DNA of 64,000 bases. Origin: an uncultured Nitrospiraceae bacterium. Lineage in GTDB: Bacteria; Nitrospirota; Thermodesulfovibrionia; Thermodesulfovibrionales; Dissulfurispiraceae. The stretch is taken from the NCBI GenBank assembly GCA_963727805.1, contig CAVSHF010000003.1, positions 2,272,001 to 2,336,000 on the forward strand. Direction: 5' to 3'. Shown piece after piece: positions 16,833 to 27,377 of this stretch. A program made the translations under genes and the position numbers. The first letter of the stretch is position 1; every line of letters begins with the position of its first letter. The notes under the pieces were generated by a model that worked only from the letters and a program-made list of their open reading frames with translations, did no database searches and was not told the DNA's origin.

Positions 16833-18932
16833 TTACTTAGCGTTCGCGTTCGCCTGCGCCTGAATGGCGGTAATGGCGACGGTATTCAGAATATCTGCTA
16901 CAGTACAGCCCCTGCTGAGGTCGTTCACCGGCCTGTTCAGGCCCTGAAGGATGGGACCGATGGCGACGGCATTTGATGAACGTTGAACCGCTTTATAAGT
17001 ATTATTACCCGTATTGAGATCGGGGAAGATAAAGACCGTAGCATGCCCTGCGACCTCGCTGTCGGGCAACTTAATTTTGGCTACAGAGGCGTCAATTGCC
17101 GCATCGAACTGAAGCGGGCCCTCAATCTTGAGGTTGGGTCTCAGCTCTTTTGCGATATGCGTTGCCTCGCGAACTTTATCGACATCCTTGCCCTTTCCCG
17201 ACTCACCCGTAGAGTATGAAAGCATTGCTACCCTTGGCTCAAGCCCAAACGCAGCAGCGGTTTGAGCGGAGCTGAGAGCGATATCCGCCAGCTGTTTTTC
17301 ATCAGGATTCGTGTTCACAGCGCAGTCGCCGAAGACGAGCACGCGGTCCGAAAGGCACATCAGAAAGACAGACGATACGATCGAGGTGCCGGGTTTTGTC
17401 TTTATGAACTCAAGGGCTGGGCGGATAGTGTGAGCGGTAGTATTGACGGACCCGGATACCATGCCGTCGGCATGGCCCTTGTATACCATCATCGTGCCGA
17501 AATAGCTTGGATCTGCCATAATGTCATGCGCCATTTCTTTAGCAATCCCCTTATTCTTCCTGAGTTCAAAATAGGTTTCCGCATACTCCTTGCGCAAATC
17601 GGAGGTTGATGGGTCGACAATGTTTGCCTTATCGAGCTTCAGGCCGAGTGCCATGATTCTCTGTTTGATCTTCTTCGGATTTCCGAGGAGGGTGATCTCA
17701 ACAACATCACGCAGTAACAAGAGTTCGCAAGCCTGGAGGACGCGCGGTTCCTCGCCTTCGGGCAGGACGATATGCTGCCTGCTAATCTTTGCACGGCGGA
17801 TAAGGTCATATTCAAACATGAGCGGTGTAACGCGGGTCGTTCGCGTAACGTTGAGACGGTCCATGACCTCCTGAACGCTGACCCCGGATTCGAAAATGCC
17901 GAGAGCTGTTTCTATTTTGCGTGTGTTCTCAGGAACCAGAGTACCCGTTACAGAACTGAGTTTCACGGTAGTACTGAATGTGTCGCTCTCCACGGTAAGG
18001 ATAGGAACGGCATCTATGGCAAACCCGTCAATCAGCCTTTGCACCTGTGGCGACGGTTTAAAACCGCCTGTGAGAATGATGCCGCCTATCCTCGGATAGG
18101 TAGTAGAGGCGTCGGCAAGGATGCAACCAATGGTAATGTCGTCACGATCGCCGGGTGTTATAATCATGGTGCCTTCGTTGATGTGATCAAGGAAATTGGC
18201 GAGCTGCATGGCCGCGACCTTGTAATCGACTACGTCTCGCTTGAGACATGATGCTTGACCGCTCAGAAAGCTGGCTTGAAGGGCCTCCGCTATCTCGCAT
18301 ACCGTTGGCTTCCACAACGCTTCATTCTCGGTAAGTACATACACAGGGATGCCCTTTGGAGCAACGTTTCTCAATCGTACGGGGGCATCTATCGCCTGAT
18401 GAGGCTCGATCCTGTTGACGACCACCCCGAAGATGTCACACTTCTTTTTTTCAAGGGCATCGACCACTCCGGTCACCGCTTCACTGATCTTCACCATCGA
18501 TCTTCCGAGCCCCTTCACAACAGGCATCATAAGGCTGCCCAAGTTATTCGCTACCTCTACATTGAAGTCAAACTCGACGGGGGAGACGGCGCTCCTGAAA
18601 TCGGAGCCGGCACAGAGCACGATGTCGCACTGAGCCTCAAGGGCCTTGTATTTTTCGATAATAACCTTGAGAAGTTCGTCGCTTTGGTCGGCCGCGATCA
18701 TCTCCTTGGCGGCATCAAGGGTGGTCCCATATAAAGCCTCATAGGGGAACTTCACGTTATAGCGACTCTTAATAAGATGTATCGTAGAGTCAGGTTCCAC
18801 CGTCTCTTGAATAATGGGCTTAAAGAAGCCCACCCGCTGGGCCTGGTTCCAGAGGAGCTCCATCATGCCGAGGATAACAATTATTTTGTCGACCCTTGGT
18901 TCTGCACTTGCTATATAAATGCTTTTTGCCAT
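16833..18932 (-). CDS. pta: Phosphate acetyltransferase, long form with DRTGG domain
   Basis: TPGDR, IVLPEGEE, FPDLNTGNNTYK, NDLSRG; directly upstream of ackA. Confidence 0.96.
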   Translation of the reverse strand: MAKSIYIASAEPRVDKIIVILGMMELLWNQAQRVGFFKPIIQETVEPDSTIHLIKSRYNVKFPYEALYGTTLDAAKEMIAADQSDELLKVIIEKYKALEAQCDIVLCAGSDFRSAVSPVEFDFNVEVANNLGSLMMPVVKGLGRSMVKISEAVTGVVDALEKKKCDIFGVVVNRIEPHQAIDAPVRLRNVAPKGIPVYVLTENEALWKPTVCEIAEALQASFLSGQASCLKRDVVDYKVAAMQLANFLDHINEGTMIITPGDRDDITIGCILADASTTYPRIGGIILTGGFKPSPQVQRLIDGFAIDAVPILTVESDTFSTTVKLSSVTGTLVPENTRKIETALGIFESGVSVQEVMDRLNVTRTTRVTPLMFEYDLIRRAKISRQHIVLPEGEEPRVLQACELLLLRDVVEITLLGNPKKIKQRIMALGLKLDKANIVDPSTSDLRKEYAETYFELRKNKGIAKEMAHDIMADPSYFGTMMVYKGHADGMVSGSVNTTAHTIRPALEFIKTKPGTSIVSSVFLMCLSDRVLVFGDCAVNTNPDEKQLADIALSSAQTAAAFGLEPRVAMLSYSTGESGKGKDVDKVREATHIAKELRPNLKIEGPLQFDAAIDASVAKIKLPDSEVAGHATVFIFPDLNTGNNTYKAVQRSSNAVAIGPILQGLNRPVNDLSRGCTVADILNTVAITAIQAQANANAK

Positions 18933-18945
18933 TTTGTCAGTGTGT

Positions 18946-19530
18946 CTAGGAATTTTGTTTCTGTTTAATAGCGCTTGATATTGCCTCGGGACTGTAACCC
19001 TTTATGATTATTCCTTCGACATCGACTACGGGGACCCCATGGCTACCGCCGGTCTTTTTAACCATTTCCTCCGCCGCGTTCCTTTCCCTTTCGATATCAT
19101 ATTCGATCAGGGACGCACCCTGCGAGTTGATGTAATCTCTCGCTTTTTTGCAGTAGGGACACCAGGAAGTCATATACATGACAACTTTTATATCCCTGAC
19201 CGGTCTGATCTCCTTTTTTTCCCGCGGCCCCTGAGGACTTTCGATCTGCCGCCCCCTTGTCATGCTTGTGTCTTTTTCTATTGTTGGCGGTGGCGGCAGT
19301 ACAGGCGGACGCTTTGTGTTTAGCAGTGCTTCTTTCACTTCTAATTCCGCTCTAGAGACAGAAGGATCAGGGGAAGAGTCGTCGCTGCCCTTGGCTTTCG
19401 TTACCAATATATTCGAAATCAGCGTACGTTCCCCGTTATTCATCCGCTGATAAACCCTATCAGCGAGGAAATAGGAAGAACATAGAAAGGTGGCAACCAA
19501 AATGACTATTACTATGTTAACCGGTTTCAT
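18946..19530 (-). CDS. Membrane-anchored glutaredoxin-domain protein
   Basis: N-terminal TM segment, Pro-rich linker, WCPYC and GVPV motifs. Confidence 0.8.
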   Translation of the reverse strand: MKPVNIVIVILVATFLCSSYFLADRVYQRMNNGERTLISNILVTKAKGSDDSSPDPSVSRAELEVKEALLNTKRPPVLPPPPTIEKDTSMTRGRQIESPQGPREKKEIRPVRDIKVVMYMTSWCPYCKKARDYINSQGASLIEYDIERERNAAEEMVKKTGGSHGVPVVDVEGIIIKGYSPEAISSAIKQKQNS

Positions 19531-19790
19531 GGGTAGTCGCAAAAATTAACCATAAAAGATCCATCCTGCTTAGTGACTGAATTATCCTCACTTTGTGTCG
19601 GAAATGTCAAGAAAGCATATATTGCGTGTGTCTATAAAGTCGATAACTTTTTTTATGTGTCCCTCAACGGAGATAATCCAGTTATTTCAATATGTTTTAT
19701 GATCCCTGTTCGAGCGGGGGAATGAAAATGCCTTCGTATGTGGATAGATTAGATTTACCACCATATTCGAGTGGATCGGAAAGATCTGAC

Positions 19791-19818
19791 ATGTTACAAT
19801 TAGTGTCACGTGTAACAT
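19791..19818. promoter_or_regulatory. Palindromic candidate operator in divergent intergenic region
   Basis: ATGTTACA-12 nt-TGTAACAT. Confidence 0.4.
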
Positions 19819-19968
19819 AATTACCCAATCGGGTCTGTGCGGACAATTCGTGACTCCAGCGAATTCCTGTTTATTCTAAGCAAATTGCAGCTTATATTCA
19901 GGAGGATAGGGTTTATGCTGTCATGATCTGTTCATGATCGGGCATTGGAATTGCTGATGTTACCTGTG

Positions 19969-21891
19969 ATGATAATCGAAGATGTTGTCGAATTCCTAAA
20001 ACATGTGCCTCCATTTCAATTTCTGGATGAACCTGCACTCACCGATCTTGCGGTCGGAATGTCGATGGAGTTCTTTCCGAAAGGGACGACTATTCTGAAG
20101 CAAGGTGGGGCCGCCAGCAAGTATCTTTATGTTATCAAGAAGGGGGGGGTAAAGGTATTCAGGCGCGCAGCGAGCGGCGAAGAGTCGGTTATCGATTTCA
20201 GGGGGCAAGGAGACCTCTTCGGGTATCTTTCCCTTGTCGGCGGAGATAAGGCGAGGGCTTATGTCCTAGCTGTGGAAAGCACAAGCTGCTATACCATCAA
20301 TAGAGAGGCGGTGAGGCAGCTCCTCGATAGCAGCGTAACAGTCAGAGAATTTTTTCTGAAGTCCTTCCTCAATATTTATATCGACAAGACTTTCAAGGAA
20401 ATGCACGGCAGGAGCCTTTTTTTTTCAGGAGGCAATGACCGGTTTCTATTCTCGACAACGGTCGGAGAGGTAGCCGCAAAGGATGTGCTCACAGCTCCTC
20501 AAGAAGCATCGATCAGAGAGGCTGCCACCATTATGTGCGAGAACAAGATTAGTTCCTTAATACTCGTCGACCGGGAACACCGGCCTGTCGGCATAATAAC
20601 CGACCGGGACATGAGGGGAAAGGTTGTTGCGCGCGGGAGGGACTTTAACGAGCCCGTGAAGAACATTATGAGTTACCCGCTCCTTAGGATTGATTCCAAT
20701 GACTATTGTTTCGAAGCCATTCTGAAGATGATGAAATACAACGTACACCATCTGCTAGCGATAAAAGATGGTGCTCTCGCAGGCATCGTGACGAACCATG
20801 ATTTTATGCTGCTGCAAGGGACCTCTCCTCTGCTTATCGCCAAGGATATAGAAGGACAGCAGGACATCGAAGGGCTTGCGGACGTTGCGAAGCAGATCAA
20901 CAATATTGTTGACATTCTTCTTAAACAGGGAGCGCGTGCGGGAAACATCACAAGCATCATTACTGAGATCAGTGATAGGCTTGTCAGGAAGATCCTGAAG
21001 ATAGCCGTGAGGAAGTTTGGCAGGCCGCCAGTGCAGTATTGCTGGCTCGCCTTCGGCAGTGAAGGCCGCAAGGAGCAGACTTTCAAGACCGACCAGGACA
21101 ATGCCATCATTTATGCTGACCCCGCAACGACCTTCGAAGCGGACGAAGCGAAGAAGTACTTCTCTGCCTTCGCTGCCTTTGTGAGGGACAGTCTTGTCCA
21201 GTGCGGCTATCCGTTCTGTCCCGATGCACATATGGCAAGCAATCCCCAATGGTGCCGGTCCCTTTCCGCATGGAAAAAGTTTCTTTCGGACTGGGTTGCT
21301 GATCCGGCCTCTGAGTTGGGAGAGACTGGGCTAAACCCTCTCACCTTTCTTGATTTCCGTGGGGTGGGAGGCGATTTTTCGCTGGCAGACCAACTCAGGG
21401 AATCCCTGGGAGCGATGCTCAGGGACCAGAAGGCCTTTTTGTGCTGCCTCGCAAACCTGGCGATCAAAAACAGGCCGCCCATCGGGTTTCTAAAAACCGT
21501 TGTAATCGAAAAGAGCGGAGAACATCGTGACAGGCTGGACCTCAAAGTGAAGGGACTCGCTCCGATCGTCGGCATCGTGCGACTTTACGCCCTTGAAGAG
21601 GCGATACGGGAATCATCCACCCTTGCGCGGCTTGAAGCGCTCAAGGAGCGTCATAGCGACGTAATTGAATACGGGGAGGAGATCGCCCACGCCTTTGAAT
21701 TTATCATGCTCCTCAGGATCCAGCATCAGTTCGGGCAGATCAGCAATGGGCAAGCACCCGACAATGTCATCAATCCCGACAACCTAACGAACCTGCAGAA
21801 GAAGACGATTAAAGAGGCTTTCAATCTGATATCGAAGCTGCAGAATTCGATCAGTGAGAGATACAAGCCTATGAAATGGCAAGTGGCATGA
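19969..21891 (+). CDS. cNMP-binding / CBS / DUF294 nucleotidyltransferase-like protein
   Basis: N-terminal cNMP-binding fold (PPFQFL..G..FG), CBS pair (ITDRD), GSEGRKEQ..TDQDN NTase motif, MASNP; start could be as early as 19945. Confidence 0.9.
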   Translation: MIIEDVVEFLKHVPPFQFLDEPALTDLAVGMSMEFFPKGTTILKQGGAASKYLYVIKKGGVKVFRRAASGEESVIDFRGQGDLFGYLSLVGGDKARAYVLAVESTSCYTINREAVRQLLDSSVTVREFFLKSFLNIYIDKTFKEMHGRSLFFSGGNDRFLFSTTVGEVAAKDVLTAPQEASIREAATIMCENKISSLILVDREHRPVGIITDRDMRGKVVARGRDFNEPVKNIMSYPLLRIDSNDYCFEAILKMMKYNVHHLLAIKDGALAGIVTNHDFMLLQGTSPLLIAKDIEGQQDIEGLADVAKQINNIVDILLKQGARAGNITSIITEISDRLVRKILKIAVRKFGRPPVQYCWLAFGSEGRKEQTFKTDQDNAIIYADPATTFEADEAKKYFSAFAAFVRDSLVQCGYPFCPDAHMASNPQWCRSLSAWKKFLSDWVADPASELGETGLNPLTFLDFRGVGGDFSLADQLRESLGAMLRDQKAFLCCLANLAIKNRPPIGFLKTVVIEKSGEHRDRLDLKVKGLAPIVGIVRLYALEEAIRESSTLARLEALKERHSDVIEYGEEIAHAFEFIMLLRIQHQFGQISNGQAPDNVINPDNLTNLQKKTIKEAFNLISKLQNSISERYKPMKWQVA

Positions 21892-22544
21892 CAGGCAGAT
21901 TGAAGAAGAGAAGCTCTGATGACAGTGTTGAGAACATGCCTATTACGCACGCGAAATATGTGGTCATCGATACTGAACTCACCGGACTCGATGAGCAGAG
22001 GGACTCAATTATTTCGATTGGGGCCATCAGAATGTCTGGTGGACGGATAGAATTGGGAGAGACATTTTATCGGCTTATGAGGCCTGACGGACCATCCACG
22101 CAGGGTGTCGGTATTCAGGGGAACAAGCCGTCAGGGCTTCTCCTCGAACCGGAAATCGCCCCGGTCCTTTCGGAGTTTCTCTCCCTCTGCGGAAACGATG
22201 TAATAGTAGGCCATCTCATTTTTACCGACCTCGCTTTCCTTAAGAATGAGGTGAGGCGTTTTTTCGGATTGGAGGTGAAGAACCCGATAATCGACACGTA
22301 TCAATTGTATCACTGGCTTATGCGGCGAGAAGCGCAGGGTGCGACCTATTCTCCCAAGGAAGTTAAGCTTTATGAGATCGCCTCCCAGCTTGGAGTTACC
22401 ATATCGGAGAATCACGATGCGATGAGCGACGCTTTTATTACTGCTCAGGTCTTTCAGAGACTCATGCCCATGCTCATCAGGGAGGGAGTAAAAACCGTCG
22501 GAGAAATGCTGCGAATCGGCGATCCTTCAGAGGGGTTGCGATAA
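21888..22544 (+). CDS. DEDDh 3'-5' exonuclease (DnaQ-like)
   Basis: VVIDTELTGLD, GH...D, HDAMSDA; ATGA overlap with the upstream gene. Confidence 0.85.
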   Translation: MTGRLKKRSSDDSVENMPITHAKYVVIDTELTGLDEQRDSIISIGAIRMSGGRIELGETFYRLMRPDGPSTQGVGIQGNKPSGLLLEPEIAPVLSEFLSLCGNDVIVGHLIFTDLAFLKNEVRRFFGLEVKNPIIDTYQLYHWLMRREAQGATYSPKEVKLYEIASQLGVTISENHDAMSDAFITAQVFQRLMPMLIREGVKTVGEMLRIGDPSEGLR

Positions 22545-22753
22545 TAAGGGACGCCACATCGTTGCGTGTAAAAACGTTGCACTGCATTTTGGAGGGTTGT
22601 GATGCTGCGAGGTTAGTTGCGAAAACAGGTTTTTTGGATTTCTGGTGCCATTATGGACCAGTCCCAGCTTTCTGATTAAGACTGGGGGGTTTTGCATACG
22701 AAACCGGGTTCGATGCAAGGCGTCGTGATATCCCGAATAAACGAGGAGGGAAA

Positions 22754-24073
22754 ATGGCGGAAGCTGTCAGTACAGGCGATGTAATTACCAAAGTGCCGGG
22801 TAAGGCATGGGTTGTCACCTTTGCCGGGACTGCTGTTAACTTATGTTTGGGAATCTTGTATGCATGGAGCGTATGGGCTAAGGCCCTGATCAATGTTAAA
22901 GATGCGGGCCAGCCCATGAGCGGAATTAACGAGGGATGGACGTACCTGACCAATGCAGAAGCAGCCACCCCGTTCTCTCTTTGCGTCATCATCTTTGCAT
23001 TGTTCATGATCCCTGGAGGGCGTATTCAGGACAAGTTCGGGCCCAAAGTCGGCGCGACGCTTGGTGGACTGTGCCTCGCGGCTGGTTGTATTCTCGCCGG
23101 CATGATGAAGAGCTATACCGGTCTTATAATCGGCTTCGGTATCCTCGGCGGCATTGGAATGGGGATTGGTTACGCCGCCCCGACTCCGGCTGCATTGAAA
23201 TGGTTCGGACCACACAAGCGCGGATTGATTGCCGGTCTGGTTGTCGGTGGGTACGGAGGAGCAGCGCTCTATATTTCTCCATTGGCACAAAAGCTCATCG
23301 ATGGCTATGGTCTCTCAGGAAGCTTTATTGGCTTGGGGGTTTTCTTTGCAATCGTGGTTGTTATCGCCGGACAGCTCCTCGCATGGCCGCCGACCGGCTA
23401 TACGCCTCCTGGAGCGCCCAAACAGACTGCAGCACAAACAGCAGCGACCGCTGCAAAGCAGACCGCGCATAACTGGACAGCCAGTGAAATGACGAAGACC
23501 TGGCAGTTCTATGCACTGGTAATCTTATTTATCGGTTCGACACAATCAGGACTGATGATCATAGCAAACGCAGCCGGCATATTGGCGAAAGCCGCAAAGG
23601 ACGTCCCTTACCTGGCTGCAAATGCTTGGATCCTAGCCTCTTTCGGCGGAGCTATCAATGCATTGGGACGAGTAGGCACCGGTATGTATTCTGATAAAAT
23701 TGGCCGGGCCAACGCATATACCGCGAACTGTATTATTTCCGCTCTCTGTCTCTTTGCGATGCCTTCCATTATCGCCTCGCAGAATATCGTACTGCTGTTT
23801 CTGGCGGTGGGTATTGCCTACTGGCAGTACGGCGGCGGACTTGCATTACTGCCCGCCTTCACTGCAGACTTCTTCGGTGCGAAAAACCTCGGCTTCAATT
23901 ACGGACTCGTGTTCCTCGGCTGGGGCCTCGGCTTCTTCATGGCGAGACTGGCCGGAACCATTAAGGATGTGACCGGAAGTCTTGATTATGCATTTTATCT
24001 TTCGGCAGCGGTGCTGATCGTGGCAGTTGTTGTGGTCAGGATTACCCAAAGACCGAAATGGACTACAGCATAG
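22754..24073 (+). CDS. MFS transporter, oxalate:formate antiporter (OFA) family
   Basis: LGILYAWSV, GRIQDKFGP, KWF...RGL, ADFFGAKNLGFNYG; strong GAGGAGG RBS. Confidence 0.88.
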   Translation: MAEAVSTGDVITKVPGKAWVVTFAGTAVNLCLGILYAWSVWAKALINVKDAGQPMSGINEGWTYLTNAEAATPFSLCVIIFALFMIPGGRIQDKFGPKVGATLGGLCLAAGCILAGMMKSYTGLIIGFGILGGIGMGIGYAAPTPAALKWFGPHKRGLIAGLVVGGYGGAALYISPLAQKLIDGYGLSGSFIGLGVFFAIVVVIAGQLLAWPPTGYTPPGAPKQTAAQTAATAAKQTAHNWTASEMTKTWQFYALVILFIGSTQSGLMIIANAAGILAKAAKDVPYLAANAWILASFGGAINALGRVGTGMYSDKIGRANAYTANCIISALCLFAMPSIIASQNIVLLFLAVGIAYWQYGGGLALLPAFTADFFGAKNLGFNYGLVFLGWGLGFFMARLAGTIKDVTGSLDYAFYLSAAVLIVAVVVVRITQRPKWTTA

Positions 24074-24212
24074 TCAGAAAAATGTGGGATTCTCTAGCAA
24101 GTGAGTAAAGGAGGAACTATTAGAATATATTAAAGAATAATTCAACATATAACGTGATATTCAAATATTTTTGACTGCAAAATAAATTATTAATGCAAGG
24201 AGAATTATTATT

Positions 24213-26261
24213 ATGGCTGAAAAAGAAGAAAAAGGAGTAGAAACGTCAGAGGCCGAGATAGCGGTACATTGGGAAGAAGGGGCTTTATATTATCCCTCAA
24301 CAAAGTTCATCGCGCAGGCAAACATGACAGATCCAGCGGTCTATGACCGGTTTAGCCTGGAGAATTTTCCGAACTGTTTCAAGGAGTATGCAGACCTTTT
24401 GACCTGGTACAAGTATTGGGACGAAACCCTCGACACCAGCGATGCCCCTTGCTTCAAGTGGTTCAAAGGCGGGTTGATCAATGCAAGCTATAACTGTGTT
24501 GACAGACATCTTGCAAAGAATAAAAACAAAACAGCGATCCACTTCGTACCGGAGCTTGAGACTGACAAGGTCGAGCACATCACCTACCAGGAGTTGTATG
24601 TGCGGGTGAATGAGTTTGCATCAATTCTCAAGAATGACTTGGGCCTGAAGGCAGGGGACAGGGTAACACTGCATCTGCCGATGGTGGCGGAGCTTCCCGT
24701 CACAATGCTTGCTTGTGCAAGACTCGGCATCATTCACTCCCAGGTCTTCGGCGGATTCAGCGGCAAGGCATGCGCTGACAGAATCGTTGACTCAGGAAGC
24801 GAATACCTGATAACGATGGATGCGTATTTCAGGGCTGGGCAGGTTCAGGATCATAAGGAAAAGGCGGATATTGCCGTTGCAGAGGCGGCAGCAGAAGGGC
24901 AGAAGGTTAAAAAGGTCCTGGTATGGCAGCGCTATCCCGGCAAATATTCTGCTAAGACCCCGATGGTAGAGGGTCGCGATGTCTTTATCAATGACATGCT
25001 GAAAAAGCATTATGGCGCAAGGATTGATCCGGTTCCGATGCCTGCTGAAGCACCGCTTTTCCTCATGTATACCAGCGGCACAACCGGAAAGCCCAAGGGA
25101 GCCCAGCACAGCACCGGCGGTTATCTTGCTTATGTAGCCGGGACATCGAAATACATTCAGGACATTCATCCTGAAGACGTATACTGGTGTATGGCCGACA
25201 TCGGCTGGATCACCGGTCATTCTTATATTGTATATGGTCCGTTGGCATTATGTGCATCCAGTGTTATTTTCGAAGGCGTTCCAACATATCCGGATGCAGG
25301 CAGGGCCTGGAGGATTGCCCAGGATCTGGATGTCAACATCTTCCATACCGCACCTACCACCATCAGAGCGCTGAGAAAGGTCGGTCCGGATGAGCCGGCA
25401 AAATACAATTATCACTTCAAACATATGACCACAGTCGGTGAGCCGATCGAGCCTGTAGTCTGGAAATGGTATTACGAGAAAGTCGGCAAAGGGGAAGCGG
25501 CTATTGTTGACACATGGTGGCAAACTGAAAATGGCGGTTTCCTCTGCAGCACAATACCTGCAATTAAGCCCATGAAGCCCGGCAGTGCAGGCCCAGGCGT
25601 CCCCGGTATCCATCCGATTATTTATGACAATGACGGAGTCGTAATCCCGGCAGGAGCCGGCAAGGCAGGAAATATCTGCATACAGAACCCGTGGCCCGGC
25701 ATGTTCCAGACCATCTGGGGAGACCGCGACCGTTTTGTTAAGACCTATTTTGAAAGATACTGCAAAGACCCAAAGAGCAAGAGATGGCAGGATTGGCCGT
25801 ATCTTACCGGTGATGCAGCGGTTATGGCAGCTGACGGGTATGTCCGTATCCTCGGCAGGATTGATGATGTCATCAACGTTTCCGGTCACAGACTGGGGAC
25901 CAAGGAAATCGAGTCTGCTGCGCTCACCCACCCTGATGTTGCAGAAGCAGCTGTTGTGCCGGTTAAGCATGACGTCAAAGGCAAGGAACCGGATCTGTAT
26001 GTTTCCTTGAAACCCGGCAAAGTTGCAAACGAGAACACCGCAAAAGAAGTGTCAGCGTGTATAGTCAAGGAGATCGGAGCAATTGCAAGACCGAGAAAGG
26101 TCTGGATTGTGCCTGACATGCCTAAGACCAGATCAGGAAAGATCATGCGTCGTGTGCTTGGCGCTATTTCTAACCACCAAGATGTCGGTGATGTTATGAC
26201 ACTGGCGAATCCTGAAATTGTTGAAGCAATTCAAAAGATGAATAAGGAATCAGGAATATAA
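24213..26261 (+). CDS. acs: Acetyl-CoA synthetase (second, divergent paralogue)
   Basis: [39 protein letters not shown]. Confidence 0.93.
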   Translation: MAEKEEKGVETSEAEIAVHWEEGALYYPSTKFIAQANMTDPAVYDRFSLENFPNCFKEYADLLTWYKYWDETLDTSDAPCFKWFKGGLINASYNCVDRHLAKNKNKTAIHFVPELETDKVEHITYQELYVRVNEFASILKNDLGLKAGDRVTLHLPMVAELPVTMLACARLGIIHSQVFGGFSGKACADRIVDSGSEYLITMDAYFRAGQVQDHKEKADIAVAEAAAEGQKVKKVLVWQRYPGKYSAKTPMVEGRDVFINDMLKKHYGARIDPVPMPAEAPLFLMYTSGTTGKPKGAQHSTGGYLAYVAGTSKYIQDIHPEDVYWCMADIGWITGHSYIVYGPLALCASSVIFEGVPTYPDAGRAWRIAQDLDVNIFHTAPTTIRALRKVGPDEPAKYNYHFKHMTTVGEPIEPVVWKWYYEKVGKGEAAIVDTWWQTENGGFLCSTIPAIKPMKPGSAGPGVPGIHPIIYDNDGVVIPAGAGKAGNICIQNPWPGMFQTIWGDRDRFVKTYFERYCKDPKSKRWQDWPYLTGDAAVMAADGYVRILGRIDDVINVSGHRLGTKEIESAALTHPDVAEAAVVPVKHDVKGKEPDLYVSLKPGKVANENTAKEVSACIVKEIGAIARPRKVWIVPDMPKTRSGKIMRRVLGAISNHQDVGDVMTLANPEIVEAIQKMNKESGI

Positions 26262-26315
26262 GAGCAGTTCGAAGGTTAAAGCATAAAACCTTATAGAGGC
26301 TATTAATAACCAAGA

Positions 26316-26352
26316 AAGGGGGCAGGAAGATATTTTCCTGCCCCCTTCTTTT
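26316..26352 (+). terminator. Rho-independent terminator
   Basis: AAGGGGGCAGGAA / TTCCTGCCCCCTT stem followed by CTTTT. Confidence 0.85.
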
Positions 26353-26408
26353 ATTGGTATACTATTGTGGAAGCAGGTTGAGTTGTCATTTCACTTCGGG
26401 AGATTCAA

Positions 26409-27365
26409 ATGAGAAAGACAGGGTTCCTCTACGATGAACGATTTCTGCTCCATTGCACTGGACCCGAACACCCGGAGTGTCCCGACCGGCTCCAGGCTGC
26501 TTACCGGGGGATTGAAGAGGGTGGGCTCCTGTCGCATCTAACGTTGATCAAGGCCAGCCGCGCCAAACAGGAGTGGATAGAAGCAGTCCACAGCATGAAA
26601 CTCATCATGCGTTTTGAAGAGGCGTGCCTTTGGGGATTGGACATGCTCGATCATCCCGATAACAGAATATGCAGGGAGACCTTTGAAACCGCGATGCTTG
26701 CAGTGGGCGGAATTATCGATACGGTGGACCGCGTAATGAGGGGCGAGATTGACAATGCATTTTGCGCGGTGAGGCCGCCGGGGCATCATGCTGAAGTCAA
26801 CCGGGTCATGGGTTTTTGCTTTTTTAATAATATCGCTATTGCCGCCAGATATCTGCAGAAAAAATGGGGTATACAGCGGATCGGTATCGTGGATTTTGAT
26901 GTCCACCACGGCAATGGCACGCAGAATATTTTTGAAGAAGACGACTCAGTTTTCTTTTATTCCATCCATGAGCATCCATCGTTTGCCTATCCCGGTACCG
27001 GCAGGGAATTCGAAAAGGGTTCGGGTCCTGGTGTCGGCTTCACCCTAAACTCGCCGGTATTGCCCGGACAAGGAGATGAAGAATATAAAGAGTTGCTCCA
27101 AAGAGATCTGTTTCCCGCCTTTGAAGAGTTCAAGCCTGAAGTGATCCTCGTATCCGCAGGCTTTGACGCCCACATTGATGATGATATGTCGGATATGAAG
27201 CTTTCAACAGAAGGCTTTTCGTGGATCATGAAAAATATTGTTGAAATGGCGGACAAATATTCGAAAGGTCGAATAATTTCCATTCTCGAAGGGGGATACT
27301 CACTCCTCCGTCTGCCTGAGTTGATAAAAAATCATATTAAAATCCTGCTTGGAACCGAGGCCTGA
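26409..27365 (+). CDS. Zn-dependent histone deacetylase-family protein (AcuC-like)
   Basis: HPE, RPPGHH, GFC, DFDVHHGNGTQ, SAGFD, LEGGY. Confidence 0.93.
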   Translation: MRKTGFLYDERFLLHCTGPEHPECPDRLQAAYRGIEEGGLLSHLTLIKASRAKQEWIEAVHSMKLIMRFEEACLWGLDMLDHPDNRICRETFETAMLAVGGIIDTVDRVMRGEIDNAFCAVRPPGHHAEVNRVMGFCFFNNIAIAARYLQKKWGIQRIGIVDFDVHHGNGTQNIFEEDDSVFFYSIHEHPSFAYPGTGREFEKGSGPGVGFTLNSPVLPGQGDEEYKELLQRDLFPAFEEFKPEVILVSAGFDAHIDDDMSDMKLSTEGFSWIMKNIVEMADKYSKGRIISILEGGYSLLRLPELIKNHIKILLGTEA

Positions 27366-27377
27366 AAGGGAGGCACT

